A stretch of 38,002 nucleotides of DNA from a virus (Duplodnaviria; Caudoviricetes). Positions 26,215-36,000 of this stretch are shown here, piece by piece (the first letter of the stretch is position 1; each line of letters begins with the position of its first letter). The notes beneath the pieces were generated by a model. That model saw only the letters and a program-made list of their open reading frames with translations, was not told the DNA's origin and made no database searches. The position numbers and the translations under genes were made by a program. The DNA lies in the IMG/VR virus record IMGVR_UViG_3300046804_001154, positions 1 through 38,002 of that record; one strand, written 5' to 3'.

Positions 26215-26222
26215 AATAAATA
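26215..26222 (+). promoter_or_regulatory. late promoter motif AATAAATA upstream of the gp14-like gene
   Basis: Followed by SD AGGA and a GTG start. Confidence 0.65.
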
Positions 26223-26242
26223 TCTGATAATAGGAACAAATT

Positions 26243-27616
26243 GTGCCCAGACTCTCACTTTGGAAAGAAGGTAAACATACCAACGATTATAAATTTTTTG
26301 ATCGTCGAATATCAGAAATGTTCACGATCGGCGGTACAGGTGTGAATCTTCACAAGTACCTGGGTACACTGGAACAGAACACCAGAAAAACCACAACGGC
26401 TGCCTCATCTATTGGCGATCTAGAAATCACTGTAGCTGATGTCGCCAATATCAGCGTGGGTCAGTATGTAACTGGCACTGGCATCACCACTGGTACCAAA
26501 ATTGGTGCCATTTCAAGCAATACCATAACACTTACCAAACCACTGACTGGTGCTGTGGGTGTGGGTAACATAGTGATGTTTGACTCTGTATTAGATTCCA
26601 CACAGCCCAATTACACAAACCAGAGTGAAAAGAACATTCAGGACTTGTTTTTCCTAGAGAACCGTGACCGCAAGTATGATACCAGCGTGTACCCCATGCG
26701 TGGTATCTATCAGGTCACTGATCAGGATTTTAACTTGAGTCAGTTCGGCTTGTTCCTAAATGCCAACACTCTGTTTATCACTTTCCACATCAATGACATG
26801 CTGGACAAGATGGGTCGCCGCATCATGGCAGGTGACGTGTTAGAGTTGCCCCACTTGAAAGATTATGATCCGCTGGGTGCTGAAGACATGCCAGCGGCTC
26901 TCAAGCGATACTATGTAGTACAAGAGGCCACTCGAGCTAGCGAAGGCTTCAGTGTAACCTGGTGGCCTCATCTATGGCGTTGCAAATGCACACCCCTGGT
27001 GGACAGTCAGGAATATCAGGACATTCTGCAGACACTCAAGGCCACCGACGATCCAGACAGCCAATCGCTAAAGGACCTGTTGAGCACTTACAATAAAAAC
27101 ATTCAGATCAGTGATGCACTAATAGCGCAAGCTGAAGCTGAACTACCACAAAGCGGTTACGATACCACCAGCTTGTACGTGGTGCCACTAAATGAAGACG
27201 GTAGCCTGGGTAATCCAGAAGGCCCAAGCATGGATCAATCAGTTAACTCCGGTTCTGGAGAAACTGTTAACCTAGATGCAACTACTCCTGACAAATCGCA
27301 GCCAGCTTACTTAGGTGGGGATGGTATTCCGCCCAACGGTTGGCCAGCCACTGCTGGTATAGTATTCCCTGAAGATCCAGTGGAAGGTGATTACTGCTTA
27401 CGACTGGATTATGTGCCCAATCGCTTGTTCCGTTTTAACGGCGCACGTTGGAACAAGGTGGAAGACAGTGTGAGAACAACAACAGGCATGGCAACTAACA
27501 CCACACTACAAGGCAGCTTTGTAAATAACGCAGGCACCTTTACCGATTTCAACGGTCAAGAACGCAAAAAATCGCAATCGCTAAGTAAAGCATTGAGACC
27601 AGAGGCAGACAATTAA
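26243..27616 (+). CDS. neck protein (gp14-like) with extra domains
   Basis: EMF..GG.....KY, QDLFFLENRDRKYD, LSQFGLF.....LFITFH, GDV.ELP; lies between gp13 and the gp15-like gene. Confidence 0.7.
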   Translation: MPRLSLWKEGKHTNDYKFFDRRISEMFTIGGTGVNLHKYLGTLEQNTRKTTTAASSIGDLEITVADVANISVGQYVTGTGITTGTKIGAISSNTITLTKPLTGAVGVGNIVMFDSVLDSTQPNYTNQSEKNIQDLFFLENRDRKYDTSVYPMRGIYQVTDQDFNLSQFGLFLNANTLFITFHINDMLDKMGRRIMAGDVLELPHLKDYDPLGAEDMPAALKRYYVVQEATRASEGFSVTWWPHLWRCKCTPLVDSQEYQDILQTLKATDDPDSQSLKDLLSTYNKNIQISDALIAQAEAELPQSGYDTTSLYVVPLNEDGSLGNPEGPSMDQSVNSGSGETVNLDATTPDKSQPAYLGGDGIPPNGWPATAGIVFPEDPVEGDYCLRLDYVPNRLFRFNGARWNKVEDSVRTTTGMATNTTLQGSFVNNAGTFTDFNGQERKKSQSLSKALRPEADN

Positions 27617-29007
27617 TGTTACAAGATTTCTTTTACGATGAACAATTAAAACGTTACATACTACAATTTGTAAAATTGTTCAGCAGTTTCCAAGTACAGT
27701 ATGGTCAGGATCGAACTGGCCAACGTACTTTGCTGAGGGTGCCAGTCAAATATGGTGACACCAGTCGCCAGGCTGCCACTATTATTGCTGGCAACTCTGA
27801 AAACGTGATGGCCAGTGTGCCCATGATCAGTTGCTATATCAGCAACCTGCGCTACGACCGTGAACGTGTACAGGATCCTTCATTCGTCAGCAACATGAGT
27901 ATTAGACAGCGAGTGTATGATCCAGTAACAGACACCTATGGCACAACACAGGGCAATGCGTTTACTGTGGAACGACTGATGCCAGTGCCACATACTATCG
28001 AAATGAAAGTGGACATCTGGACCAGCAACAGTATGCAAAAGCACCAGTTAATGGAACAGATCTTGTGCTGGTTTAATCCCAGTGTGGAATTGCAAAGCAC
28101 TGACAACTATATCGACTGGACCAGTTTAACTGTTGTTGAACGTAAAGATATCACCTGGAGCAGCCGTACGGTGCCCGTGGGCACTGATGACGCCATTGAT
28201 ATCGCCACTATCACATTTGAAATTCCCATCTGGTTAACTACCCCAGCTAAGGTTAAGAAGCTGGGCGTTATTCAGAAACTGGTTGCCAATGTGCGTGATG
28301 CACTGGGCAACTTTGACACAAACAGTGTTGAAGGTGGCCCACTGTTGGGACAGAAACAAGTGACAGTTTTAGATTACGGTGTGCTGTTAATTGGCAACCA
28401 GCTTCAATTGTTAAAACAGGAAGATCTAGTCACTGAAGATAACGATAGTGTCAACGTGGGAACCAAAGTTGGAACTAGTGACGACTGGCACAAGCTGGTA
28501 AACCTATATGGTATTCTAACTGATGGTATCAGTCAGGTGCGTTTAATGCAGGACGATGGATACACCGAGGTAGTGGGCACTGTGGCATACCATCCCACTG
28601 ACAGAAACATCCTGCTGTTTAGTATAGATGCTGGAACTAAACCCGCCAATACCATGCCGCCGATTGATGCAATTATCAATCCGTTACGATCTGGTCCAGG
28701 TATTGGATTACCATTACCTACAGAGGGCACACGTTATCTGTTAACAGACGATATTGGTAACTTTGACAACCCAGAAGGTCCTGACGCCTGGGCTAGTGGT
28801 GATGGCAGTAGCATTGTTGCACATGCTAACGACATTATCCAGTGGAGCAACAATCAATGGGACGTGATATTTGACAGTCAAAACAACGACACATTACACT
28901 ATGTGAGTAACAAAACTACCGGTCTCCAATACAAATGGAAAGACGGGTTCTGGAGCAAGAGTTATGAAGGTCAATACGAGGGAGGACAGTGGTCTCTAGT
29001 TCTTTAA
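27616..29007 (+). CDS. tail sheath stabiliser / tail completion protein (gp15-like) with C-terminal extension
   Basis: FFYDEQ..RY..QF..LFS, VPVKYG, P.IS....L.YD..R, MPVP....MKVDIW.......Q.MEQIL..FNP, F.IPIWL..P. Confidence 0.78.
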   Translation: MLQDFFYDEQLKRYILQFVKLFSSFQVQYGQDRTGQRTLLRVPVKYGDTSRQAATIIAGNSENVMASVPMISCYISNLRYDRERVQDPSFVSNMSIRQRVYDPVTDTYGTTQGNAFTVERLMPVPHTIEMKVDIWTSNSMQKHQLMEQILCWFNPSVELQSTDNYIDWTSLTVVERKDITWSSRTVPVGTDDAIDIATITFEIPIWLTTPAKVKKLGVIQKLVANVRDALGNFDTNSVEGGPLLGQKQVTVLDYGVLLIGNQLQLLKQEDLVTEDNDSVNVGTKVGTSDDWHKLVNLYGILTDGISQVRLMQDDGYTEVVGTVAYHPTDRNILLFSIDAGTKPANTMPPIDAIINPLRSGPGIGLPLPTEGTRYLLTDDIGNFDNPEGPDAWASGDGSSIVAHANDIIQWSNNQWDVIFDSQNNDTLHYVSNKTTGLQYKWKDGFWSKSYEGQYEGGQWSLVL

Positions 29008-29435
29008 CAAGTGCCGGTGCATTGGTCTATTGCACCAGTACTCAACGATATCTGTTTTTACTACGCAACGGTTCCAAATATGCAGGCATGTGGGGACTAG
29101 TGGGTGGTAAACTTCAACGAAACGAATCAGTTATTGACGGTCTGCATCGAGAAATCCAAGAAGAGCTAGGGCATGTTGAAATGTCTCGTGTTATTCCGTT
29201 GGAAAAATACGTCAGTGACAATGACAAATTTGTCTATCACACATTCCTGGCTATAGTAGAGCAGGAGTTTGTGCCCACACTCAACGAAGAGCATCGTGGC
29301 TATTGCTGGTGTTCATTAAATGACATTCCCAAGCCACAGCATCCTGGGCTCTGGAAAACTTTCAATCTGGACAGCGTGGCTGAAAAATTAGCCACTGTGG
29401 AAAATACACTCAGCTCAGTTCAGGCCGTGCTGTAA
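28989..29435 (+). CDS. Nudix hydrolase
   Basis: Nudix box GGKLQRNESVIDGLHREIQEELG; LNEEH.GY.W. Confidence 0.9.
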   Translation: MVSSSLTSAGALVYCTSTQRYLFLLRNGSKYAGMWGLVGGKLQRNESVIDGLHREIQEELGHVEMSRVIPLEKYVSDNDKFVYHTFLAIVEQEFVPTLNEEHRGYCWCSLNDIPKPQHPGLWKTFNLDSVAEKLATVENTLSSVQAVL

Positions 29436-30095
29436 ACAATATTCAGTAAGAATACGTTCCTTGTGCCATTCGCCGCCTTGTGGCGTGTCGGCAAATTCCT
29501 GGAAACAGGGGGTGCCTAGCGTATAGTGTAACAGTTTAGCATCAGGATTGGCGCCGTATTCATCGGGCAACCAGTTCCATTCCTTAGGCAATTCGCCAAT
29601 GCGTTCATCATCAATCCAAGTGAAACGATGTAACTCTGCACCAGTGGCTTTTTCGATAAATGCTGGCGTCAGTTTACGATTGGGGTAACTGTTACAGTTC
29701 CACAAAATCACACTGGACCAGTTTTTACGTGGGTAGTCTTCATTTTTAGCACCCAAGTATTTGACAGGCATACGAGTTTTGTAATCGTGTTTGACCACCA
29801 TGACATCTTTATCCAGCTGTCTCATTTCCCACAATTTGGTAATATCATCACGCACAATCATGTCACCATCCATAAAGATAGCCCAGCCTTCATACTTCAT
29901 CAAATGCGGTACTAGGAAACGACTGTAGATAAAATGATTGCTGCCGTCAGTATGAGTCTCTGTGTAGTCTTTGAACAAGTTTAGTGCCAGCGGAATAATT
30001 TGCACTGGCTGACTTGCATGACGAATAATACTGTTGGCACACGTATGGAATGCGATTGCTTCACGTGGATCGTAACCGATAAAGACTGGTATCAT
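29415..30095 (-). CDS. GT-A glycosyltransferase (GT8-like)
   Basis: VFIGYDPRE, F.YSRFLVP, FMDGDM (DxD), YPRKNWSSV, LPKEWN, LHYTLG.P. Confidence 0.88.
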   Translation of the reverse strand: MIPVFIGYDPREAIAFHTCANSIIRHASQPVQIIPLALNLFKDYTETHTDGSNHFIYSRFLVPHLMKYEGWAIFMDGDMIVRDDITKLWEMRQLDKDVMVVKHDYKTRMPVKYLGAKNEDYPRKNWSSVILWNCNSYPNRKLTPAFIEKATGAELHRFTWIDDERIGELPKEWNWLPDEYGANPDAKLLHYTLGTPCFQEFADTPQGGEWHKERILTEYCLQHGLN

Positions 30096-30823
30096 TTTAA
30101 CTCCGGCACATAAACATCAAATAACAACAAGTTGCGTTCAATACCTGGCTCTACTGGTTCAACACCATGCCAGCTTTTGTCGTTCTTAAAGAATGCAAAC
30201 ATGCTATTGGGCAAGTAGGGCATGGTGGCAAAGCGAGTAAAGTCTTTGTATCTATAGTGTGGACCACCTGGGCACGTCATACCCTCACGTTTGGGTGCAT
30301 ACATACTGGTACCCAGGTCAGGCCGACTGCTATCAGGTGCTAGATAAAACAACACAGTGATCACTTTACTCTTGCTGTCGGTGTGTGGGCCCAGCTCGTA
30401 GCCAGTGTAATCACGCACATACAGACTTTCAAATTTAGTGTTAACACGAGTGCCCAGTCTGCGTTCTACAAAAGTGGAAAACTTGTTTAAGAACACATCT
30501 CTAAGCTCTGGTGTAATTAATTCAGTAGCAGCCTGCATCCAGGGTGTTCTAATCGCCTCAGGCAGTGGGTCAATAGTTTTTTCGTTTACTGGCAACACAA
30601 TACGATTGTCTTCAGGATTGTCTTTGGGATTGCCTCCAGTAACAATCACCCGCCCCATGCTAGTCAACGTGGCTAGGCTTTCTTTCTGTGGCTGGTTTGC
30701 CACCAACTGATTGTAGAACTCCTGTGGCAGTGCATCTTTGATGTAGATGTAGGGATAGGGTTCCTCAATCAGCTCAGTGTCTTGAACTTTTTTAGCTAGA
30801 TAATTAACTACGGCGGAACACAT
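30092..30823 (-). CDS. 2OG-Fe(II) oxygenase
   Basis: EPYPY..I.DALP, YELGPHTD (HxD), SWHGV, ERNLL. Confidence 0.8.
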   Translation of the reverse strand: MCSAVVNYLAKKVQDTELIEEPYPYIYIKDALPQEFYNQLVANQPQKESLATLTSMGRVIVTGGNPKDNPEDNRIVLPVNEKTIDPLPEAIRTPWMQAATELITPELRDVFLNKFSTFVERRLGTRVNTKFESLYVRDYTGYELGPHTDSKSKVITVLFYLAPDSSRPDLGTSMYAPKREGMTCPGGPHYRYKDFTRFATMPYLPNSMFAFFKNDKSWHGVEPVEPGIERNLLLFDVYVPELK

Positions 30824-32939
30824 ACTCTGCTACTCCTTTAAATGCGCCAGCCTTGCGTTCTGCTTCCTGGACTTGTTGTTTGTCATATGTGAACCCTAGA
30901 CGTTCTAGAGTTGCCACCATGTTCATGTGCTCAGACAAGTTCTGATTGGTTTCAATCAGCAGGCTCTGCACATTGGGCAATATTAGATCGCCGCCTTGTA
31001 TAATCAGATGTTCAATACCGTCCACATCCAGTTTGATATGATGTGGTGCCGGTACACCCAGTTCCAGAATATCATTTAATGTGATAGTGTATGCACCCTG
31101 CTTGTATGCAGTCTTGGCTGGATTTAGATTGTGGTCTGTTTCCTGTCCCACTGTATGACAACTGCCGCCAGCGATAAACTGGCTCAGGTTTAATTTACTA
31201 AACCCACGAGTGTTGCTCATGGCCAGTGGATATGCTGTCACATATTTGTCCACGTTGTTCAGTTTGATGTTCTGATTGAGGATGGCATAGTTCTGACTTT
31301 CGGGCTCGAACGCAAACACACGCACACGCTTGGTCACTGCGGCAAAGATAGTATACATGCCCACGTTGGCACCAATGTCGATCATGATCTCACCTGGCTT
31401 CATGCTGTTCAACCATTCGATAGTAATGGGCTCTTTAGTAAAGATGGTTTTAACACGAGCCGATGTTACATCGTTGGGAGTGGCATACAGTATGTTAACA
31501 CCGCGGTGTTTAACTGCTTGCACTTCCTGACGTTCAGGTTTTGGTGCAGCCGCTGGCGCTGGTGTCGCTGTTTCAGGAACAGGTGCTGGCTTGGCTTTCT
31601 TGACAGTGCGTGGTGATACCACAATGTGAAGTTCGGCACCGCTGACAATGGTTTTTGCCACGTTAAAGTATTTGCTGAGAAATTTAGTCCACCATTCTTC
31701 ACCTTCCTGAATCAAGTGGGCGTTGCGACCGTCTGGTAAGAACTTTTGTGCTGGTCCTGTATGTACAACAAAGTAACCGATCTCTTTGGTAACTCGCGCC
31801 AGGTCAAACAACACGTTGGGCAACAGTTCAGGCTCAATGTGTTCCAGCACGTCTGTACATACAACCAGGTCTGCTGGACGAGCGGCTTCGTCTTTACCAG
31901 GTACTGCTGGGTCATATTCCCATATGGGATATGGCATCTTCTTGGCTAAAGTGCCCTTACCACAGCCATAATCCAGCACAGAAGTGGTGTTTATGCTCTT
32001 GGCTAATTTGACTACCATGTCCACACGCTTTTCACCGCTAGTGCCGTAAGAAAGGTTTTCTTCATGCAACTTGCGATTCATCTCAGCATACTCTTTGCTG
32101 ATCACTGGATCTGACTTGTAGGCAATCTTCTTGACCTCACGATCCTTGTAAGCCTCAGCCAACTTAGTTTTGGCCATGTGCTGTACTAGGCCGTCACCGT
32201 ATAATGTAACAGTCAGGTCGTGTATCTCATGCACTTCATGGAAAAACTGACGAGCATATTCAATCATGGCGTCAGTGGCACGGAATGTCCTGCCATTAAA
32301 TGGTACCTGACGGAATGTTTTGGGTGTCTTGGGGTGCTTGGTGGCATGGGTGGTACCGTCTTCCAGTACGCTACAGTCCATACCAAATATGTGTTGATTC
32401 TTGAAACCCAAGAAACGGGCCACTACCATGGCTCTCAGTCCCACGTTACTGCCACCGGTAAGAATCCATTCACCACGTGGGTAATGATTAGGGATGTCGT
32501 TCTTGTTGGTGTTGCTGCCGTATACGTGCCACAGTTTGACGTTCTGACCTTCTAGTAGATCAAACACCTTGGGGTGGCAACAACTGGCCATCAGATATTC
32601 CACATCCTCGTGTGGGGTGCCAATCAGATCGGCTTTGTGTGCTTGTGGATCAGCATCCACATGCCAGGTGGGGATGATTCCACGTTCGATTAAAAACTGA
32701 TGGGCACCAGCACAGCTGATGATGTATTTGAACTTTTTAATCTCTTCCCAGGTGTCATTTAGACTGGGCCCAAAAGCCACAATGGCAATGGGTTCGTCAG
32801 TGTCCTCGCCAGGTTGAATACGCCCAGGGATACGTGCAATGGCTGCTCGCATCTGGGCGTCTCGTAGTTCAGGGCTAATGACGTAATGAACTTTGGGTTT
32901 TTCGTTCTCGATATCGAATACTTTGTCTGTTTTGGCCAT
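30804..32939 (-). CDS. three-domain fusion: Maf/MptE-like (DUF115) domain + class I SAM methyltransferase + FkbM-family methyltransferase
   Basis: IAIVAFGPSL...GIIP.W.VDADP...GGSNVG...LGF....IFGMD; SVLDYGCGKG...DLVVCTDVLEHI; IDIGANVG...FAFEP...IKLDVDG.E. Confidence 0.85.
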   Translation of the reverse strand: MAKTDKVFDIENEKPKVHYVISPELRDAQMRAAIARIPGRIQPGEDTDEPIAIVAFGPSLNDTWEEIKKFKYIISCAGAHQFLIERGIIPTWHVDADPQAHKADLIGTPHEDVEYLMASCCHPKVFDLLEGQNVKLWHVYGSNTNKNDIPNHYPRGEWILTGGSNVGLRAMVVARFLGFKNQHIFGMDCSVLEDGTTHATKHPKTPKTFRQVPFNGRTFRATDAMIEYARQFFHEVHEIHDLTVTLYGDGLVQHMAKTKLAEAYKDREVKKIAYKSDPVISKEYAEMNRKLHEENLSYGTSGEKRVDMVVKLAKSINTTSVLDYGCGKGTLAKKMPYPIWEYDPAVPGKDEAARPADLVVCTDVLEHIEPELLPNVLFDLARVTKEIGYFVVHTGPAQKFLPDGRNAHLIQEGEEWWTKFLSKYFNVAKTIVSGAELHIVVSPRTVKKAKPAPVPETATPAPAAAPKPERQEVQAVKHRGVNILYATPNDVTSARVKTIFTKEPITIEWLNSMKPGEIMIDIGANVGMYTIFAAVTKRVRVFAFEPESQNYAILNQNIKLNNVDKYVTAYPLAMSNTRGFSKLNLSQFIAGGSCHTVGQETDHNLNPAKTAYKQGAYTITLNDILELGVPAPHHIKLDVDGIEHLIIQGGDLILPNVQSLLIETNQNLSEHMNMVATLERLGFTYDKQQVQEAERKAGAFKGVAEYVFRRS

Positions 32940-32956
32940 ATTAATTTATTGAAAGA

Positions 32957-32993
32957 TATTGCATTGTACAGCGTATTTACCGCAAATGCAATA
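32957..32993 (-). promoter_or_regulatory. inverted repeat with late-promoter-like GTAAATA in its loop
   Basis: Minus strand TATTGCATT-T-GCG-GTAAATA-CGC-TGTAC-AATGCAATA. Confidence 0.5.
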
Positions 32994-33006
32994 CCTAATA
33001 AATTAA

Positions 33007-35979
33007 TTACATTCGGCCCACAACCACTTCGATAGTTCCCACAATATCGCTGTCATAATTGCCCAGTGCTTTACCAATTACTGTACCAATTAGTGGCGCA
33101 CCAGCATAAGTGGCAACACCAGGAATATGGCTAGTAACCAGCATGTCACCACGACGGATCTTGCCAACCACATTACATGGTACTCGACCTGTCAGCGCAA
33201 CTGCTACACCATTTTCCAATCCTGCGTTCATCAAATAAGCTGGTTCGGTTGACACCACACCAACTACACGGCTGTCAGCTAGTGTGGTACTGATAGTGAC
33301 TTCGCTAGTTGTACCAAACACCACCACAGTGCCAGGACTGTAAGGGGCGTCGCTGGTATACTTTTCTGCCAAGTCGGCGTATTGTGCAGTAGTTGCTTTG
33401 GCAAAAACAGTGTTAAAAGTCACTGTAGCAGTACCAATGTTACCAACACCGTTGGATCCTGAGTTAACAATAGCTGTTACGTTGTTTAGAGTGTTGAGCA
33501 ACAAACTGCCAGTGGTAGTGATGTTACCACTAAAACTGGGACTAGCCTTGGGTGCGTATGTAACTGATACTGAGTTACTCAATGCACTGATCAGGTTACT
33601 CAATGCATTATCTGCACTTGTTCTATTGGCTATTTCCAATGACAGTGCATTGCTGACGATTGATACTGCATTGCTGACTGTATCAATGCGAACACTCAAT
33701 GCGTTATCTGCGCTTACGCGATTAACTGTCTCAACTGACAGCGCCTGGCTGACGATTGATACTGCATTGCTGATGGTATTATCTGCGGCTATACGAGCCG
33801 CAGTCTCAACACTCAATGCTTGACTAACAACTGACACTGCATTACTGATGGTATTATCTGCGGCTATACGAGCCGCGGTTTCTACTGACAGTGCCTGACT
33901 AACCACAGACACTGCATTGCTGACAGTATTGACCGCCGCAATACGAGCTGCCGTTTCAACACTCAATGCTTGACTAACAACTGACACTGCATTACTGACT
34001 GTATCAATGCGAACACTCAGTGCGTTATCTGCGCTTACACGATTGACAGTTTCTACACTCAATGCCTGACTTACAACTGATACTGCATTACTGATTGTGT
34101 TGTCTGCCGCGATACGTGCCGCAGTCTCAACACTCAATGCCTGACTTACTACTGAAATAGAGTTGCTTAAACTGTCAAACTTAGCTAGTACACTGATACT
34201 GTTGATGGTTGCGTCACCAGTTAACACCAGGTTACCAGTCTTAAATGTACCGTAGGTACCTATAAACACATTACCAATTTCGCTACCACTAGAGTACCAC
34301 TCTAGGTAACTGGTATCATTAGCTAGACCAAAGAATGCATTTAGGTCTGAACCCTTATAATAGTGGAATCGAATACCCACATCTTTACCATCATCCACAG
34401 TCCAGGGCTGGGAGATGTTGGCTACGTTAGGCGAATGCAGTTCAATTAGGTTGTCAGATGTGGCGTAGTTGTTACTACCAATAACCACAGTGTTACCAGA
34501 TACAACCAGGTTACCAGAAATAGTAACGTTGCCTGTCAATACTGCGCCAACTTTGGGCGCATAAGTGGCTGAAACTGAATTGCTTAGTGCATTTACTGCG
34601 GAAATTCTATCTGCGATTTCCACGCTCAGTCTGTTACTAACACCACTCACTAAATTACTCAATGCACTCAATGTATTACTGACTGTATCGATACGAGCAC
34701 TTAGTGCATTATCAGCACTTACTCGATTGACCGCTTCAACACTCAATGCCTGACTGACGATACTAACTGCATTGCTGACCGTGTCGATTTTTACGCTCAG
34801 TGCGTTATCTGCACTAGTGCGGTTGACTGTCTCAACTGACAGCGCCTGACTGACGATACTGACTGCATTGCTGACCGTGTCGATTTTTACGCTCAGTGCG
34901 TTATCTGCACTAGTGCGGTTGACAATCTCTGCGCTCAGTGCGTTGCTAACAATACTGACTGCGTTGCTGATTGTATTATCGGCTGCAATACGAGCAGCAG
35001 TTTCCACTGATACTGCATTGCTGACTGTATCAATGCGAACGCTCAGTGCGTTATCTGCACTAGTGCGGTTGACAATCTCTGCGCTCAGTGCGTTGCTAAC
35101 AATACTGACTGCGTTGCTGACAGTATTGACCGCCGCAATGCGAGCTGCCGTTTCAACTGATAGTGCGTTACTTACCACCGACACTGCATTACTGACAGTA
35201 TCAATACGAACACTTAATGCGTTGTCAGCTGACGTTCTGTTGCCCGTCTCCACTGATACTGCTTGACTTACCACATCGATTCGAGAATTGGATGCTGATA
35301 ACGCATTACTAGTAACTGACACTGCACCACTGATGCTGTCAATTCTTAGGCTCAAGGCATTATCTGCACTGGTTCTATTTGCTATTTCTGCACTCAGTGC
35401 GTTGCTTAGTGCATCATTGGCGCTGACGCGGTTGGCAGTTTCTAAACTCAGTGCTTGACTGACGATTGAAACGGCATTGCTGACTGTGTCAATACGAACA
35501 CTCAATGCATTATCTGCGCTTACGCGATTGACGATCTCTGCGCTCAGTGCGTTGCTTACTACCGACACTGCATTGCTAACTGTGTCAACACGGACGCTCA
35601 ATGCATTATCTGCACTGGTTCTATTTGCTATTTCTGCACTCAGTGTGTTGCTTAGTGCATTATCGGCGCTGACGCGGTTGGCAGTCTCGACACTTAATGA
35701 ATTACTAACAGTGTTGATGGCACCCTGAATATCCACACCGTTCACTGTTAAAACTTTGGTTGTTTTATTAAATGTGAAATCTGTGGTCTGGCCAAATGCG
35801 CCAGCATCGTTAAACACCACAGCCGTGTCAGCCGTTGCTGTAATTGTAGGGATGGCAGCAACATTACCAGAACTGTCTTTAACGTTCAGTTGGTTGCTCG
35901 CATTTAGGTAGACGGCACCTTTGCCAGACCCTGGCACTGTGACGTTTCCACTTGATTCCTGTTTTAAAATTAAAGACAT
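33007..35979 (-). CDS. repetitive coiled-coil tail fibre/adhesin-like protein with C-terminal peptidase G2/IMC-like domain (990 aa)
   Basis: SADNALSVRIDTVSNAVSIVSQALSVETANR repeats, beta-rich inserts, C-terminal YADLAEKY..GTVVVFG..VALTGRVPC.V.G.I.RGD.LV. Confidence 0.8.
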   Translation of the reverse strand: MSLILKQESSGNVTVPGSGKGAVYLNASNQLNVKDSSGNVAAIPTITATADTAVVFNDAGAFGQTTDFTFNKTTKVLTVNGVDIQGAINTVSNSLSVETANRVSADNALSNTLSAEIANRTSADNALSVRVDTVSNAVSVVSNALSAEIVNRVSADNALSVRIDTVSNAVSIVSQALSLETANRVSANDALSNALSAEIANRTSADNALSLRIDSISGAVSVTSNALSASNSRIDVVSQAVSVETGNRTSADNALSVRIDTVSNAVSVVSNALSVETAARIAAVNTVSNAVSIVSNALSAEIVNRTSADNALSVRIDTVSNAVSVETAARIAADNTISNAVSIVSNALSAEIVNRTSADNALSVKIDTVSNAVSIVSQALSVETVNRTSADNALSVKIDTVSNAVSIVSQALSVEAVNRVSADNALSARIDTVSNTLSALSNLVSGVSNRLSVEIADRISAVNALSNSVSATYAPKVGAVLTGNVTISGNLVVSGNTVVIGSNNYATSDNLIELHSPNVANISQPWTVDDGKDVGIRFHYYKGSDLNAFFGLANDTSYLEWYSSGSEIGNVFIGTYGTFKTGNLVLTGDATINSISVLAKFDSLSNSISVVSQALSVETAARIAADNTISNAVSVVSQALSVETVNRVSADNALSVRIDTVSNAVSVVSQALSVETAARIAAVNTVSNAVSVVSQALSVETAARIAADNTISNAVSVVSQALSVETAARIAADNTISNAVSIVSQALSVETVNRVSADNALSVRIDTVSNAVSIVSNALSLEIANRTSADNALSNLISALSNSVSVTYAPKASPSFSGNITTTGSLLLNTLNNVTAIVNSGSNGVGNIGTATVTFNTVFAKATTAQYADLAEKYTSDAPYSPGTVVVFGTTSEVTISTTLADSRVVGVVSTEPAYLMNAGLENGVAVALTGRVPCNVVGKIRRGDMLVTSHIPGVATYAGAPLIGTVIGKALGNYDSDIVGTIEVVVGRM
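33590..35715 (-). repeat. degenerate in-frame tandem repeats (21- and 33-nt modules), two blocks in the 990-aa fibre gene
   Basis: Near-identical copies at about 34750-34920 (96-bp offset) and at 34890-34968 vs 35040-35120. Confidence 0.9.
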
Positions 35980-36000
35980 TCTTTTTCCCTTACCCTTTAT

